Notes under the pieces: model-generated
Database searches by the model: none
Seen by the model: only the letters and a program-made list of their open reading frames with translations
Told to the model about the DNA's origin: nothing
Position numbers and translations under genes: made by a program
Shown: positions 16,978-25,232 of the stretch, in pieces
How positions within the stretch are numbered: position 1 is the stretch's first letter
Layout: each line of letters opens with the position of its first letter
Assembly: GCA_044451485.1 (NCBI GenBank)
Contig: JBIOKD010000002.1
Coordinates: 1 to 45,728, forward strand
DNA from: Candidatus Eiseniibacteriota bacterium
GTDB taxonomy: Bacteria; Eisenbacteria; RBG-16-71-46
Direction of reading: 5' to 3'
DNA length: 45,728 nt

Positions 16978-17269
16978 CGACGAAGCGCCCACCCGGGGGT
17001 CACCAACCCGGGCAAGAGTCATCCCATGCCTCCGAGACCACTCGCCTCGCCGACGCCGGCGGTGACCCGCCGGCACGCGGCTTCTGCCCGCCCCGGTCTC
17101 GCATGGCGGCCCGTGTCCTCGGTCACGGGAGTTTTCGGACGGGACGGTCGGTCACCGACGTGAGTCCATGCCGCATCGCCCGGTCGCGGCCCGCGCTGCG
17201 CACCGGCACCCGGGCCCCTCGGCCCCGTACCATGACGTTCCGGTCACCCGCCGGGATGGAGATGGCGCC
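16978..17269 (+). promoter_or_regulatory. Long structured 5' leader of the EPS operon
   Basis: About 290 nt between the predicted TSS and ATG 17270, with no coding-like frame. Hairpins: CCCGGG-N9-CCCGGG (16992-17012); GCCGGCGG-TGAC-CCGCCGGC (17055-17074); CCCGTG-N8-CACGGG followed by AGTTTTC (17110-17135, terminator-like); GGGCC-CCTC-GGCCC (17211-17226). The SD GGAG lies 8 nt before the ATG. Confidence 0.4.
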
Positions 17270-19909
17270 ATGCGCATGAAGCGCGTGCCGCGCTACCTGC
17301 TGCTCACGCTGGGCTACGGCGTGCTCATCCACGCCTCCTACCTGCTGTCGCTGGTGCTGCGCTTCGAAGGCGACGTCCCGGCGCGTTGCTGGGTGGGATA
17401 CCTGCGGCTCGCGCCGATGTTCACGCTGTTGTCGCTCGCCGGCTACGCGCTGGCCGGGCTCTACCAGAGTCTGTGGCGCTACGCGAGCACGATGACGCTG
17501 TTCCAGATCATCAAGGGCGTCACGCTGTCGGTGCTGTCGCTGGTCGTGATCATGATGTTCAGCAACGACATGCTCTTCCCCCGCAGCCTGCTGCCGATGG
17601 TCTGGGGCGCGCAGCTGCTCATGGTGGGGGCGGCGCGTTTCGCATGGCGTCTGTCCCGCGACCGCGTGCTCGGGCCGTCGCCGCGACGCGCGATGCGCGC
17701 GCTGGTGGTCGGCGCCGACAGCCACGGGGTCCACGTCCTCCAGGAGATGCGCCGTCGATTGGGCGGGCTCGAGCCGATCACGCCGATCGGGTTCATCGAC
17801 GACGACGCGCGTCTGACCGGCCGGGAGGTCGAAGGAGTGAAGGTGCTGGGCACGATCGCCGACATGCCTCGAGTGATCGCCGAGCACCGCGCCGAGATGG
17901 TGGTGGTGTCCGACCCCGACATGCCGGCCAAGGTGGTCCGCGAGATCGCGCGCTTCTGTGGCGAAGCCAATGTCCGGATCAAGACCCTGCCCGGTCTGTC
18001 CGACGTCCACCACGGTCGCGCGTCGCTGTCGCAGATGCGTGACGTGCGGATCGAGGACCTGCTTGGTCGACAGGCGGTGCACCACAACCTCGAGGAGATG
18101 GCCGGTCTCTTGCGCGGGGAACGGGTGCTGGTCACCGGCGCCGGCGGCTCGATCGGATCGGAGCTGGCGCGTCAGATCGCGAGTTTCGCCCCGCACGAGC
18201 TGGTCCTGCTCGATCACGCGGAGAACGGTCTGTACTTCGTTCACAACGAGCTGCTCGCCCAGTGGCCGAGTCTGCCCATCCACCCGGTGGTGTCGGACAT
18301 CCAGGACGCGGTCGGACTCGAGGCGGTGTTCTCGCGCTGGCGACCCGCCGTGGTGTTCCACGCCGCCGCCCACAAGCACGTGCCGCTGCTGGAATTCAAT
18401 CCGCGCGAGGCGGTGCTCAACAACATCCTCGGCACCCGCCATCTGGTCGAGGCGGCGGACCGCCACGAGGTGCGGAACTTCGTGCTCATCTCCACCGACA
18501 AGGCGGTGAACCCGACCAGCGTGATGGGCGCGTCGAAGCGGGTGTGCGAGATGATCCTGCAGAGCCGCCAGCAGACCAGCCGCACCCGCTTCTCGGCGGT
18601 GCGCTTCGGCAACGTGCTCGGCAGCGACGGCTCGGTGATCCCGCTGTTCCGGCGTCAGATCGAACGCGGCGGTCCGGTCACCGTCACCCACCCGGAGACC
18701 CGTCGCTTCTTCATGACCATCCCCGAGGCGGTGCGTCTGGTCCTGCAGGCGGCGTCGATCGGCAAGGGCGGCGAGGTGTTCCTTCTCGAGATGGGCGAAC
18801 AGGTGCGGATCCTCGACCTGGCGCGTCAGCTCATCCGGCTGGCGGGGATGCAGGAGGGCGAGGACATCGAGATCGTGTTCACCGGGCTGCGTCCGGGCGA
18901 GAAGCTCTTCGAGGAGCTGCACTCCGACGCCGAGCGCACCCGGATGACCCGTCACGAGCGCATCCTCACGTGGGATCTCGACGCCCGGGACGAGCAGGAG
19001 CTGCTCACCGAGGTGGACGAGCTGGCGCGCATCGCGCTCGATGGCGATCCGTCGAGCATCAAGGCCCAGCTCCACCGCATCGTCCCCGAATACGTCGAGC
19101 CGCAGCACGCGCCGTGGCAGCCGCTGCCCGCCGAGCCGGTGGTGGAGCTGCCGGTGGCGGCTCCAGCCGCTCCCGTGGCGGCCCCCGGGGTCGACTGGGA
19201 AACGGCGTTGCGACGCGGGGTCGAGAGCGCGGTGGCGGTGCTGCTGCTGGCGGCGTCGCTACCGGCCTGGCTGGCGCTGGCGGTCGAGGCGCGCATACGC
19301 GGCGAGCGCGAGATCCTGCTGCGCGAGACACGGGTGGGACGCAGCCGTCGCGGCGGACAGCGGCGGGCGCGACCGTTGCCCGCGCTGATCGACCGCAGGG
19401 CCACCGAGCGGCGCACCCAGGATCTGCTCGGACAGCCCTTCACCTGCTGGCGGTTTCGCTCGGACCTCGGCCCGGTGAGCGGCTGGCTGGCGCGGCATCG
19501 TCTCGACAAGGTGCCGTTCCTGATCAACGTGCTGCGACACGAGATGACGCTCGTCGGCCCCAATCCGGAGAAGGAGCAGGTCGTGCTCCGCTACGGCGGT
19601 CTGGTGCCCGACTATCCGCGCCGCTTCAGCGTGCTGCCCGGGGTGACCGGGCTCGCGCAGATCTCGGACTGCGGCGAGGAGGGCGCCGAGGGCGTCGTGC
19701 GTCGCACGCATTACGACCTGTTCTACATCGATCACCGCACCCTGCTGCTCGATCTCCGCACGTTGTGGCGCACCGCCGGCGTGATCCTGCGTCATCCCCG
19801 GCGGGCCGCGCGTAACCCAGAACCTGCGGTTCACGCCGCGGACGGCACGCCCCGAGGTGGGCGCGACCCGGTCCGTGACGACGCCGTGGCCAAAGGAGTG
19901 ACCCGATGA
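17270..19909 (+). CDS. Fusion: membrane-anchored CapD/PglF/WbpM-type UDP-sugar 4,6-dehydratase + C-terminal bacterial-sugar-transferase (monotopic PGT) domain with degenerate catalytic motifs
   Basis: Four N-terminal TM segments. VLVTGAGGSIGSEL, STDKAVNPTSVMGASK (CapD core). Pro/Ala linker PVVELPVAAPAAPVAAPG. Then a PGT-like domain AVAVLLLAASLPAWLALAVEARI...FTCWRFRSD...HRLDKVPFLINVLRHEMTLVGPNPE...LPGVTGLAQI...YDLFYIDHRTLLLDLRTLW. One continuous ORF. Confidence 0.8.
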   Translation: MRMKRVPRYLLLTLGYGVLIHASYLLSLVLRFEGDVPARCWVGYLRLAPMFTLLSLAGYALAGLYQSLWRYASTMTLFQIIKGVTLSVLSLVVIMMFSNDMLFPRSLLPMVWGAQLLMVGAARFAWRLSRDRVLGPSPRRAMRALVVGADSHGVHVLQEMRRRLGGLEPITPIGFIDDDARLTGREVEGVKVLGTIADMPRVIAEHRAEMVVVSDPDMPAKVVREIARFCGEANVRIKTLPGLSDVHHGRASLSQMRDVRIEDLLGRQAVHHNLEEMAGLLRGERVLVTGAGGSIGSELARQIASFAPHELVLLDHAENGLYFVHNELLAQWPSLPIHPVVSDIQDAVGLEAVFSRWRPAVVFHAAAHKHVPLLEFNPREAVLNNILGTRHLVEAADRHEVRNFVLISTDKAVNPTSVMGASKRVCEMILQSRQQTSRTRFSAVRFGNVLGSDGSVIPLFRRQIERGGPVTVTHPETRRFFMTIPEAVRLVLQAASIGKGGEVFLLEMGEQVRILDLARQLIRLAGMQEGEDIEIVFTGLRPGEKLFEELHSDAERTRMTRHERILTWDLDARDEQELLTEVDELARIALDGDPSSIKAQLHRIVPEYVEPQHAPWQPLPAEPVVELPVAAPAAPVAAPGVDWETALRRGVESAVAVLLLAASLPAWLALAVEARIRGEREILLRETRVGRSRRGGQRRARPLPALIDRRATERRTQDLLGQPFTCWRFRSDLGPVSGWLARHRLDKVPFLINVLRHEMTLVGPNPEKEQVVLRYGGLVPDYPRRFSVLPGVTGLAQISDCGEEGAEGVVRRTHYDLFYIDHRTLLLDLRTLWRTAGVILRHPRRAARNPEPAVHAADGTPRGGRDPVRDDAVAKGVTR

Positions 19910-20880
19910 TCCGCCGCGGGACTGGCGCGTGGTCGACGATGGCGATGCTCCTCGTGCTCCCGGTGTTGCTGTCGGCCGGTCCCGCGCGGGCCGCGGATTA
20001 TCTGATCGGCGCCGAGGACGTGCTGCAGGTCTCCGTGTACCTGCACCCGGAGCTCGAGCACACGGTCACCGTCGACGCCAACGGGTCCATCACCCTTCCG
20101 CCGGTTGGAGCGATCAAGGCGGGCGGGCTGACCCCACGCCAGCTCGGCGACCAGATCTCCGACCGGCTCTCCACCTACCTGCGCCAGACCACCGCGGTGA
20201 CGGTGACCGTCACCCAGTACATGAGCCGCAGCGTGTTCGTGACCGGGCAGGTCTCTCGGCCGGGGCGATACGGGTTCGAGATCATTCCCTCGCTGCCGGA
20301 CGCGATCGCCCAGGCGGGCGGCGCCATCGTGGGCTCCGATCTGTCACGCGTGCAGGTGATCCGGGTCGAGGGAACCCAGCGCAAGACCCTCTACGCGGAC
20401 GTGGCGCGCGTGCTGCGTGACGGAGACACCAGCGCGCTGCCCGCCCTCCACGCCGGGGACACGGTGATCGTGCCGCAGGGGATCGGCGCCGCGGCGTATG
20501 CCGGTCAGGGCGTGGGTGGCGCGATCATCGGCGAGGTGGCGCACCCCGGCATCTACCCGGTCGGTGAGGGGCAGGACCTGTGGACGGTGCTGGCCGGCGC
20601 GGGCGGTGTGACTGCCAACGCGGACCTGCGCAACGTCCGGATCCTGACCCACCAGGGGGACGGCTACAACGCCGTACGTCTCGACCTCCGGAACATCCTC
20701 GACAACGGCTCGCGTGCGGCGCTCACGGTCAAGGACGGTGACGTGGTGTACGTGCCGTCCAACGCGAACTCCGGGCTCTCGCGTGCCACCATTGCGCTGG
20801 TGACGGTCGTGGGGCTCACGCGTGACGTGCTCAATATCCTGGTGCTGGACCAGATCTATCGCGGGGGGCAGACCAAGTGA
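19906..20880 (+). CDS. Polysaccharide export protein (Wza/OPX family, Poly_export + SLBB domains)
   Basis: YLIGAEDVLQVSVYLHPELEHTVTVDANGSITLPPVGAIKAGGLTPRQLGDQISDRL...VFVTGQVSRPGRY, then SLBB-like repeats. The ATG overlaps the upstream TGA (ATGA). Confidence 0.85.
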   Translation: MIRRGTGAWSTMAMLLVLPVLLSAGPARAADYLIGAEDVLQVSVYLHPELEHTVTVDANGSITLPPVGAIKAGGLTPRQLGDQISDRLSTYLRQTTAVTVTVTQYMSRSVFVTGQVSRPGRYGFEIIPSLPDAIAQAGGAIVGSDLSRVQVIRVEGTQRKTLYADVARVLRDGDTSALPALHAGDTVIVPQGIGAAAYAGQGVGGAIIGEVAHPGIYPVGEGQDLWTVLAGAGGVTANADLRNVRILTHQGDGYNAVRLDLRNILDNGSRAALTVKDGDVVYVPSNANSGLSRATIALVTVVGLTRDVLNILVLDQIYRGGQTK

Positions 20881-23117
20881 GCGAAGAGACGCAGGGTGGC
20901 AACGCGCTCGACCTGCGTGAGATGTTCGGCGTCCTGCGCCGGCGCCGGTGGCTGGCCATCCTGCCGTTCGGGGCCGCGACGCTGGCCGGGCTCGTCCTGG
21001 CCCTGGCGCTGCCACCGGTTTACGTCAGCACGGTGACCATGCTGTTCGACAAGCCAAGGCCGCTGGGGGGTGGTCTCGGTGACGTCGGGGGCGGCACCAA
21101 CGATCCCGGCGGCCAGGCCGACGTCATGCGCGAGCAGGTGAAGAGCAGCCTGTTCCTGCGCAGCGTCATCACCGCCACCGGGGTCCAGAATTCGGCCCAC
21201 ACGCGCTCCTGGGCGCTCAAGTCGGCGTCGCGCTACCCCGGCGTGTCACGGGACGAGGCGGTGGATCTGTTCCTGATCGACCATCTCCGTGACGCGGTGT
21301 CGATCCGCCGCGCCAAGGGCACCGTGTTCGAAGTCGCGGTCGAGGACTTCGATCGCGACCGGGCGCAGGTGCTGGCCGGCGGGGTCGCGAACCAGTTCAT
21401 CGCCTCGTCCAAGGCGGCGCAGATCGAGGCGGTACGGGCGACCCAGGAGTTCAGTCTCGAACAGGAGCGGTTGTACAAGCGCCGGGCCGAGGAGAGCGAG
21501 GAGCGCTTGCAGACCTTCCGCGAGCACCAGCTCGGGGAGTCGATGGCGAATTCGAGCATCAACCCGACCAACCTGCAACGCGCGCACCAGCTGCTCGACC
21601 AGACCCAGTTCGAGTGGGAGGATGCCCGTCAGCGTGTGCAACAGCTCCGCCAGGTCTGCGACACGCAGGGCCAGCCGAACGATCCCGACCAGCTCTCCAG
21701 CGCGTCGGTGGCCGCGCTGGCGGCACAGATCGTGGGTCTCGAACGCCAGGTCGCGAGCGCCACCCTCTCCGACGTCGGTCAGGAGAACCTCGGCTCGCTG
21801 CGTCTGGACATCGTACGCAAGGGCGGGGAGCTCGAGACCGAGCTCACCGCCGGCGCGGCGCGGACGTTCCCGGGCAAGTCCGACACCTTTCAGAGGAATC
21901 TGGTGGCCTACCGGCTCGCACAGGCGGACCTGGCCGGCATCGAGGCGCGCCGCTCGTGGCTGGCCGCCCAGGTGTCCGCGTACGAGCGCAGCGTCATGAT
22001 CACGCCGGAGCGCACGCAGGAGGAGCAACGGCTGGTGCAGGAGGCCGAGGCCAACCGGAACATGTACAACCAGTTCCTGCAGCAGTCGGCGATCGCTTCG
22101 ATCAACGAGGCGTTCGAAAACGCCAAGCTGTCCGGCAAGTTCACATTGATCGAGCCCGCGACCCGTCCGCTGCAGCCGAGCAAGCCGAATCGTCCGGTGC
22201 TGATCGTGCTGTCGATGATCGCCGGGCTCATCGTCGGCATCGGCACGGTGCTGCTCGTCGAGCACCACGACCAGTCGCTTCGCAACGCCGACGAGGTCGA
22301 GAGCATGCTCGGCCTCCCGGTCCTCGGGGCCATCCCGCGGGTGCCGGAGCTCGAGCGCTCGCGTCGTCGCAGTCGTCCGTCGTCGGGCGGGCCCGGGCTG
22401 CCGGGGGCGCGGGACCACGGTCTGCTCCACCGTCTCAAGGTGGAGAGCCCGCTCGGTCTCGAGTTCCGGCGCACGACACTCAAGCTGCAGCGAATGAAGG
22501 CCGCGAACCCGCTGCACACCCTGCTGGTGACGAGCTCGACCCGTGGCGAGGGCAAGACCACCACCACGGCCTGCGTGGCCATCACGCTCGCCCGCGAGCT
22601 GCACCAGAAGATCCTGCTGGTGGATTTCGATCTCCGGAGTCCGGCGCTCCACCGCGCGCTGGGTCTGCCGAGCAGCAGCTGGGGGCTCGCGCAGATGCTC
22701 GCGCAGCGTCAGTTCGACGAGCGGTTCGTCCGGGCCACCGTGATGCCCGATCTCGAGTTCCTGCCCGCGGGCAAGACCGACCGGCCGCCCTCCGAGCTCA
22801 TCAACACCGAAGCCGTCGAGTGGTTCGTGCGCGAGGCGGCCGCCCGCTATCAGCTGGTGGTGATCGACTCGGCACCCAATCTCGCGGTCCCGGATTCGCT
22901 GATCCTGGGACGCGCGGTGGACGGGGTGCTCTACGTCATCAAGGCCGGCAGCACGGTGCGCAAGGCCGCCGAGTACGGGGTCCGGGTGCAGCGCGAGGCG
23001 CGGGACAACGTGATCGGCGTGCTCTTGAACGACGCCGGTGAGGTGCTGCCTCAGTACTACGGTTACCGGTACAACTACTACGGCTACACCGATCAGGCCG
23101 CCGGCACCGACGCGTGA
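20877..23117 (+). CDS. Wzc-like polysaccharide co-polymerase: chain-length-determinant domain fused to BY-kinase with Tyr-rich tail
   Basis: Wzz-type N-terminus LRRRRWLAILPFGAATLAGLVLALALPPVYVS, long coiled periplasmic region, second TM, Walker A SSTRGEGKTTT, C-terminal PQYYGYRYNYYGYT. The GTG overlaps the upstream TGA. Confidence 0.85.
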   Translation: MSEETQGGNALDLREMFGVLRRRRWLAILPFGAATLAGLVLALALPPVYVSTVTMLFDKPRPLGGGLGDVGGGTNDPGGQADVMREQVKSSLFLRSVITATGVQNSAHTRSWALKSASRYPGVSRDEAVDLFLIDHLRDAVSIRRAKGTVFEVAVEDFDRDRAQVLAGGVANQFIASSKAAQIEAVRATQEFSLEQERLYKRRAEESEERLQTFREHQLGESMANSSINPTNLQRAHQLLDQTQFEWEDARQRVQQLRQVCDTQGQPNDPDQLSSASVAALAAQIVGLERQVASATLSDVGQENLGSLRLDIVRKGGELETELTAGAARTFPGKSDTFQRNLVAYRLAQADLAGIEARRSWLAAQVSAYERSVMITPERTQEEQRLVQEAEANRNMYNQFLQQSAIASINEAFENAKLSGKFTLIEPATRPLQPSKPNRPVLIVLSMIAGLIVGIGTVLLVEHHDQSLRNADEVESMLGLPVLGAIPRVPELERSRRRSRPSSGGPGLPGARDHGLLHRLKVESPLGLEFRRTTLKLQRMKAANPLHTLLVTSSTRGEGKTTTTACVAITLARELHQKILLVDFDLRSPALHRALGLPSSSWGLAQMLAQRQFDERFVRATVMPDLEFLPAGKTDRPPSELINTEAVEWFVREAAARYQLVVIDSAPNLAVPDSLILGRAVDGVLYVIKAGSTVRKAAEYGVRVQREARDNVIGVLLNDAGEVLPQYYGYRYNYYGYTDQAAGTDA

Positions 23118-23163
23118 CGGACCATCGCACCATGGATGGTCCGCGCTGGATCCAGGAACCCGC

Positions 23164-24174
23164 ATGAACAGCACTCCCCGACGCGCGCCCGGGGTGAGCC
23201 TGGTGCTCACCTGCTACAACGCCGCGTGGTGCATCGAGCGGGCGCTCGACAGCGTGCTTTCGCAGACCCTCGTCCCCGAGGAGCTGATCGTGTCGGACGA
23301 CGGTTCGACCGACGACACCGTCGAACACATCACCGGGCGATACGGCGACGCGGTGACGGTGCTGCGGTTGCCCCATCGCGGGCTCACCGCCAGCCGGATC
23401 GCGGCGATCGACGCGGCGCGTGGGCCGTGGCTCGCGCTGATGGACGCCGACGACACCTGGCTGCCCGATAAGACCGAACGGCAGCTCGACACCGTCGAGC
23501 GTCACCCGGAGCTCGCGTGGGTGTCGGGGGACGGCGCACTGGTGGGGGAGCAGGGGATGATCGAGGAGTCGTGGCTCGCGGGGTACTTCGAGCCGGTTCG
23601 CGATCTGGTCGGCGATCTCTTCCCACACGTGGTGCAACGCTGTTTCCCACTGGTCAGCTCGTCGCTGGTGCGCAAGAGCGCCTACCTGGCGGTCGGCGGC
23701 ATGGACCCCGACATCGAGTACTCGCAGGACTACGCGTTGTGGCTCCGTCTGTCGGCCCGCTTCCCGGCCGCGGTCATGAGCGCGCGCTTGATCCACTACT
23801 GGTCGAGTCCGACCCAGATGAGCAGGCGCATCGAGGAGCGCTATCGCGACGACAAGCGTCTGATGGAGCGGGTGGCACGCGGCGAGTACCGACGCGACCC
23901 CAACGCCCAGCGGGTCGCTCGCGAGAAGGTGGCCTCGTACGAGTTCGACCTCGGCGTGATCTGTCTGCGCAGCGGGCGCTTCCCGGCGGGGCGGCGGCAC
24001 CTGTGGCGTGCCGCGTCGATGCCCGGGCCGCTCCACCGCCGGGCCCTCGCCCTGTTCGGTGTCGCCACACCGCGTGGCGCGCTGCACCGTCTGATGCACT
24101 CCCCGTGGCTCAAGGGCACCGTGCAACGCGCCCGTCGCAGCAACCCGATGCTGGGCAGGGAGGGCGGATCGTGA
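23164..24174 (+). CDS. Glycosyltransferase family 2
   Basis: VSLVLTCYNAAWCIERALDSVLSQT...LIVSDDGSTDDT...LMDADD...YSQDYALWLRL. ATG 23164 was chosen because the region upstream in the ORF is not protein-like. Confidence 0.85.
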   Translation: MNSTPRRAPGVSLVLTCYNAAWCIERALDSVLSQTLVPEELIVSDDGSTDDTVEHITGRYGDAVTVLRLPHRGLTASRIAAIDAARGPWLALMDADDTWLPDKTERQLDTVERHPELAWVSGDGALVGEQGMIEESWLAGYFEPVRDLVGDLFPHVVQRCFPLVSSSLVRKSAYLAVGGMDPDIEYSQDYALWLRLSARFPAAVMSARLIHYWSSPTQMSRRIEERYRDDKRLMERVARGEYRRDPNAQRVAREKVASYEFDLGVICLRSGRFPAGRRHLWRAASMPGPLHRRALALFGVATPRGALHRLMHSPWLKGTVQRARRSNPMLGREGGS

Positions 24175-25232
24175 GTGTCCCGTTCGCGGTCTCGGTCGTG
24201 ATCCCGGTCCGGAACGGGATGCCGGACGTGCTCGACGCGGTGGGCTCGGCGCTGGCGCAGACCCGCCCGCCCCTCGAGGTGATCGTGCTCGACGACGGCT
24301 CGAGTGACGGCGGCGCGGACGCCGTGGAAGCGCGGTTCGATGGTGGTGCGGGTGGCCCCGAGGTCACGGTGGTGCGTGGGAGCTGGGGCTCGGCCGGCGC
24401 CGCACGGAACGCCGGGTGGCGGCGCGCGCGCGCGCCCTGGGTGGCGTTCCTCGACGCCGACGATCTGTGGTTCGGCGAGAAGCTGGCCGCCGCCGAGACC
24501 CTGATCGCGCGTCATCCGACCGCGGGCTGGTTCTTCAGCGACGGCGCGTTCCGCACCCTGGAGGGGGAGCTACGCACCTCCTGGTTCGCCGACTGGGCGC
24601 GCGTCCCCGAGGTGTACTTCGGACATCCGACCGAGGCGCTCCTGGAGGTGAACTTCATCCTCACTTCGTCGGTGCTGGTGCGACGCGAGCTCCTCGTCGC
24701 GACCGGTGGATTCGACGAGGCGATGAGCCATGCCGAGGATCTGGATCTGTGGATCCGGCTCGCGCGCCGCTCACCGGCGGTGGCCACGGCCCGTTCCCTG
24801 GTGCGCTACCAGCACCGCCCGGGCGGGCTGACCCGGCAGGTGGTGGCGCGTCTCGAGGGCAACGCACGTCTCTACGAGCGACTCGCGCGTGACCCCGACC
24901 TCGCCCTCGGGCTCCGGGCGAAGGCCCGGCGTCGCGCCGCGTTGTCGTGGCTCAAGCTCGCGCGCACCGCGCTCCGCGAGCGTGATCCTGCCCTGGCCCG
25001 CCGCTACCTGGTGCACGCGTGGCGCGGGGGCCGGCGCCCGGCGGCGCTGGCCGCCTGGGGGCTGAGTCTGCTGCCGGCCCCGCTCACCGGTTGGGCCCGC
25101 TCGCTCGGCTGGCTGCGCCGCCGGATCGCGGCGCCCTCGCTGCAGGTGAAGCGGGTGACACTGGTCTCGGAGACCGACCGCCGGACCGAGGGTGTCACCA
25201 CCGGCGCCCGTCTCGGCGGGGAAGCGCGATGA
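24171..25232 (+). CDS. Glycosyltransferase family 2 (paralog of the preceding gene)
   Basis: VSVVIPVRNGMPDVLDAVGSALAQT...VIVLDDGSSDG...FLDADD...HAEDLDLWIRL. GTGA overlap with the upstream stop. Confidence 0.85.
   Translation: MSVPFAVSVVIPVRNGMPDVLDAVGSALAQTRPPLEVIVLDDGSSDGGADAVEARFDGGAGGPEVTVVRGSWGSAGAARNAGWRRARAPWVAFLDADDLWFGEKLAAAETLIARHPTAGWFFSDGAFRTLEGELRTSWFADWARVPEVYFGHPTEALLEVNFILTSSVLVRRELLVATGGFDEAMSHAEDLDLWIRLARRSPAVATARSLVRYQHRPGGLTRQVVARLEGNARLYERLARDPDLALGLRAKARRRAALSWLKLARTALRERDPALARRYLVHAWRGGRRPAALAAWGLSLLPAPLTGWARSLGWLRRRIAAPSLQVKRVTLVSETDRRTEGVTTGARLGGEAR

Noticed and set aside
17058-17069. GGCGGTGACCCG resembling the ops/JUMPStart core GGCGGTAG
   Set aside because: It matches only 7 of 8 core positions and forms part of a perfect GC hairpin. 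The ops/RfaH system is a proteobacterial feature, with no RfaH evidence here.
17026-17163. 45-codon upstream ORF spanning the terminator-like hairpin in the EPS leader (possible leader peptide)
   Set aside because: It has a weak RBS, about 12 of 45 codons end in A/T (not coding-like), and there is no run of regulatory codons. I kept it only as a note under the leader finding.
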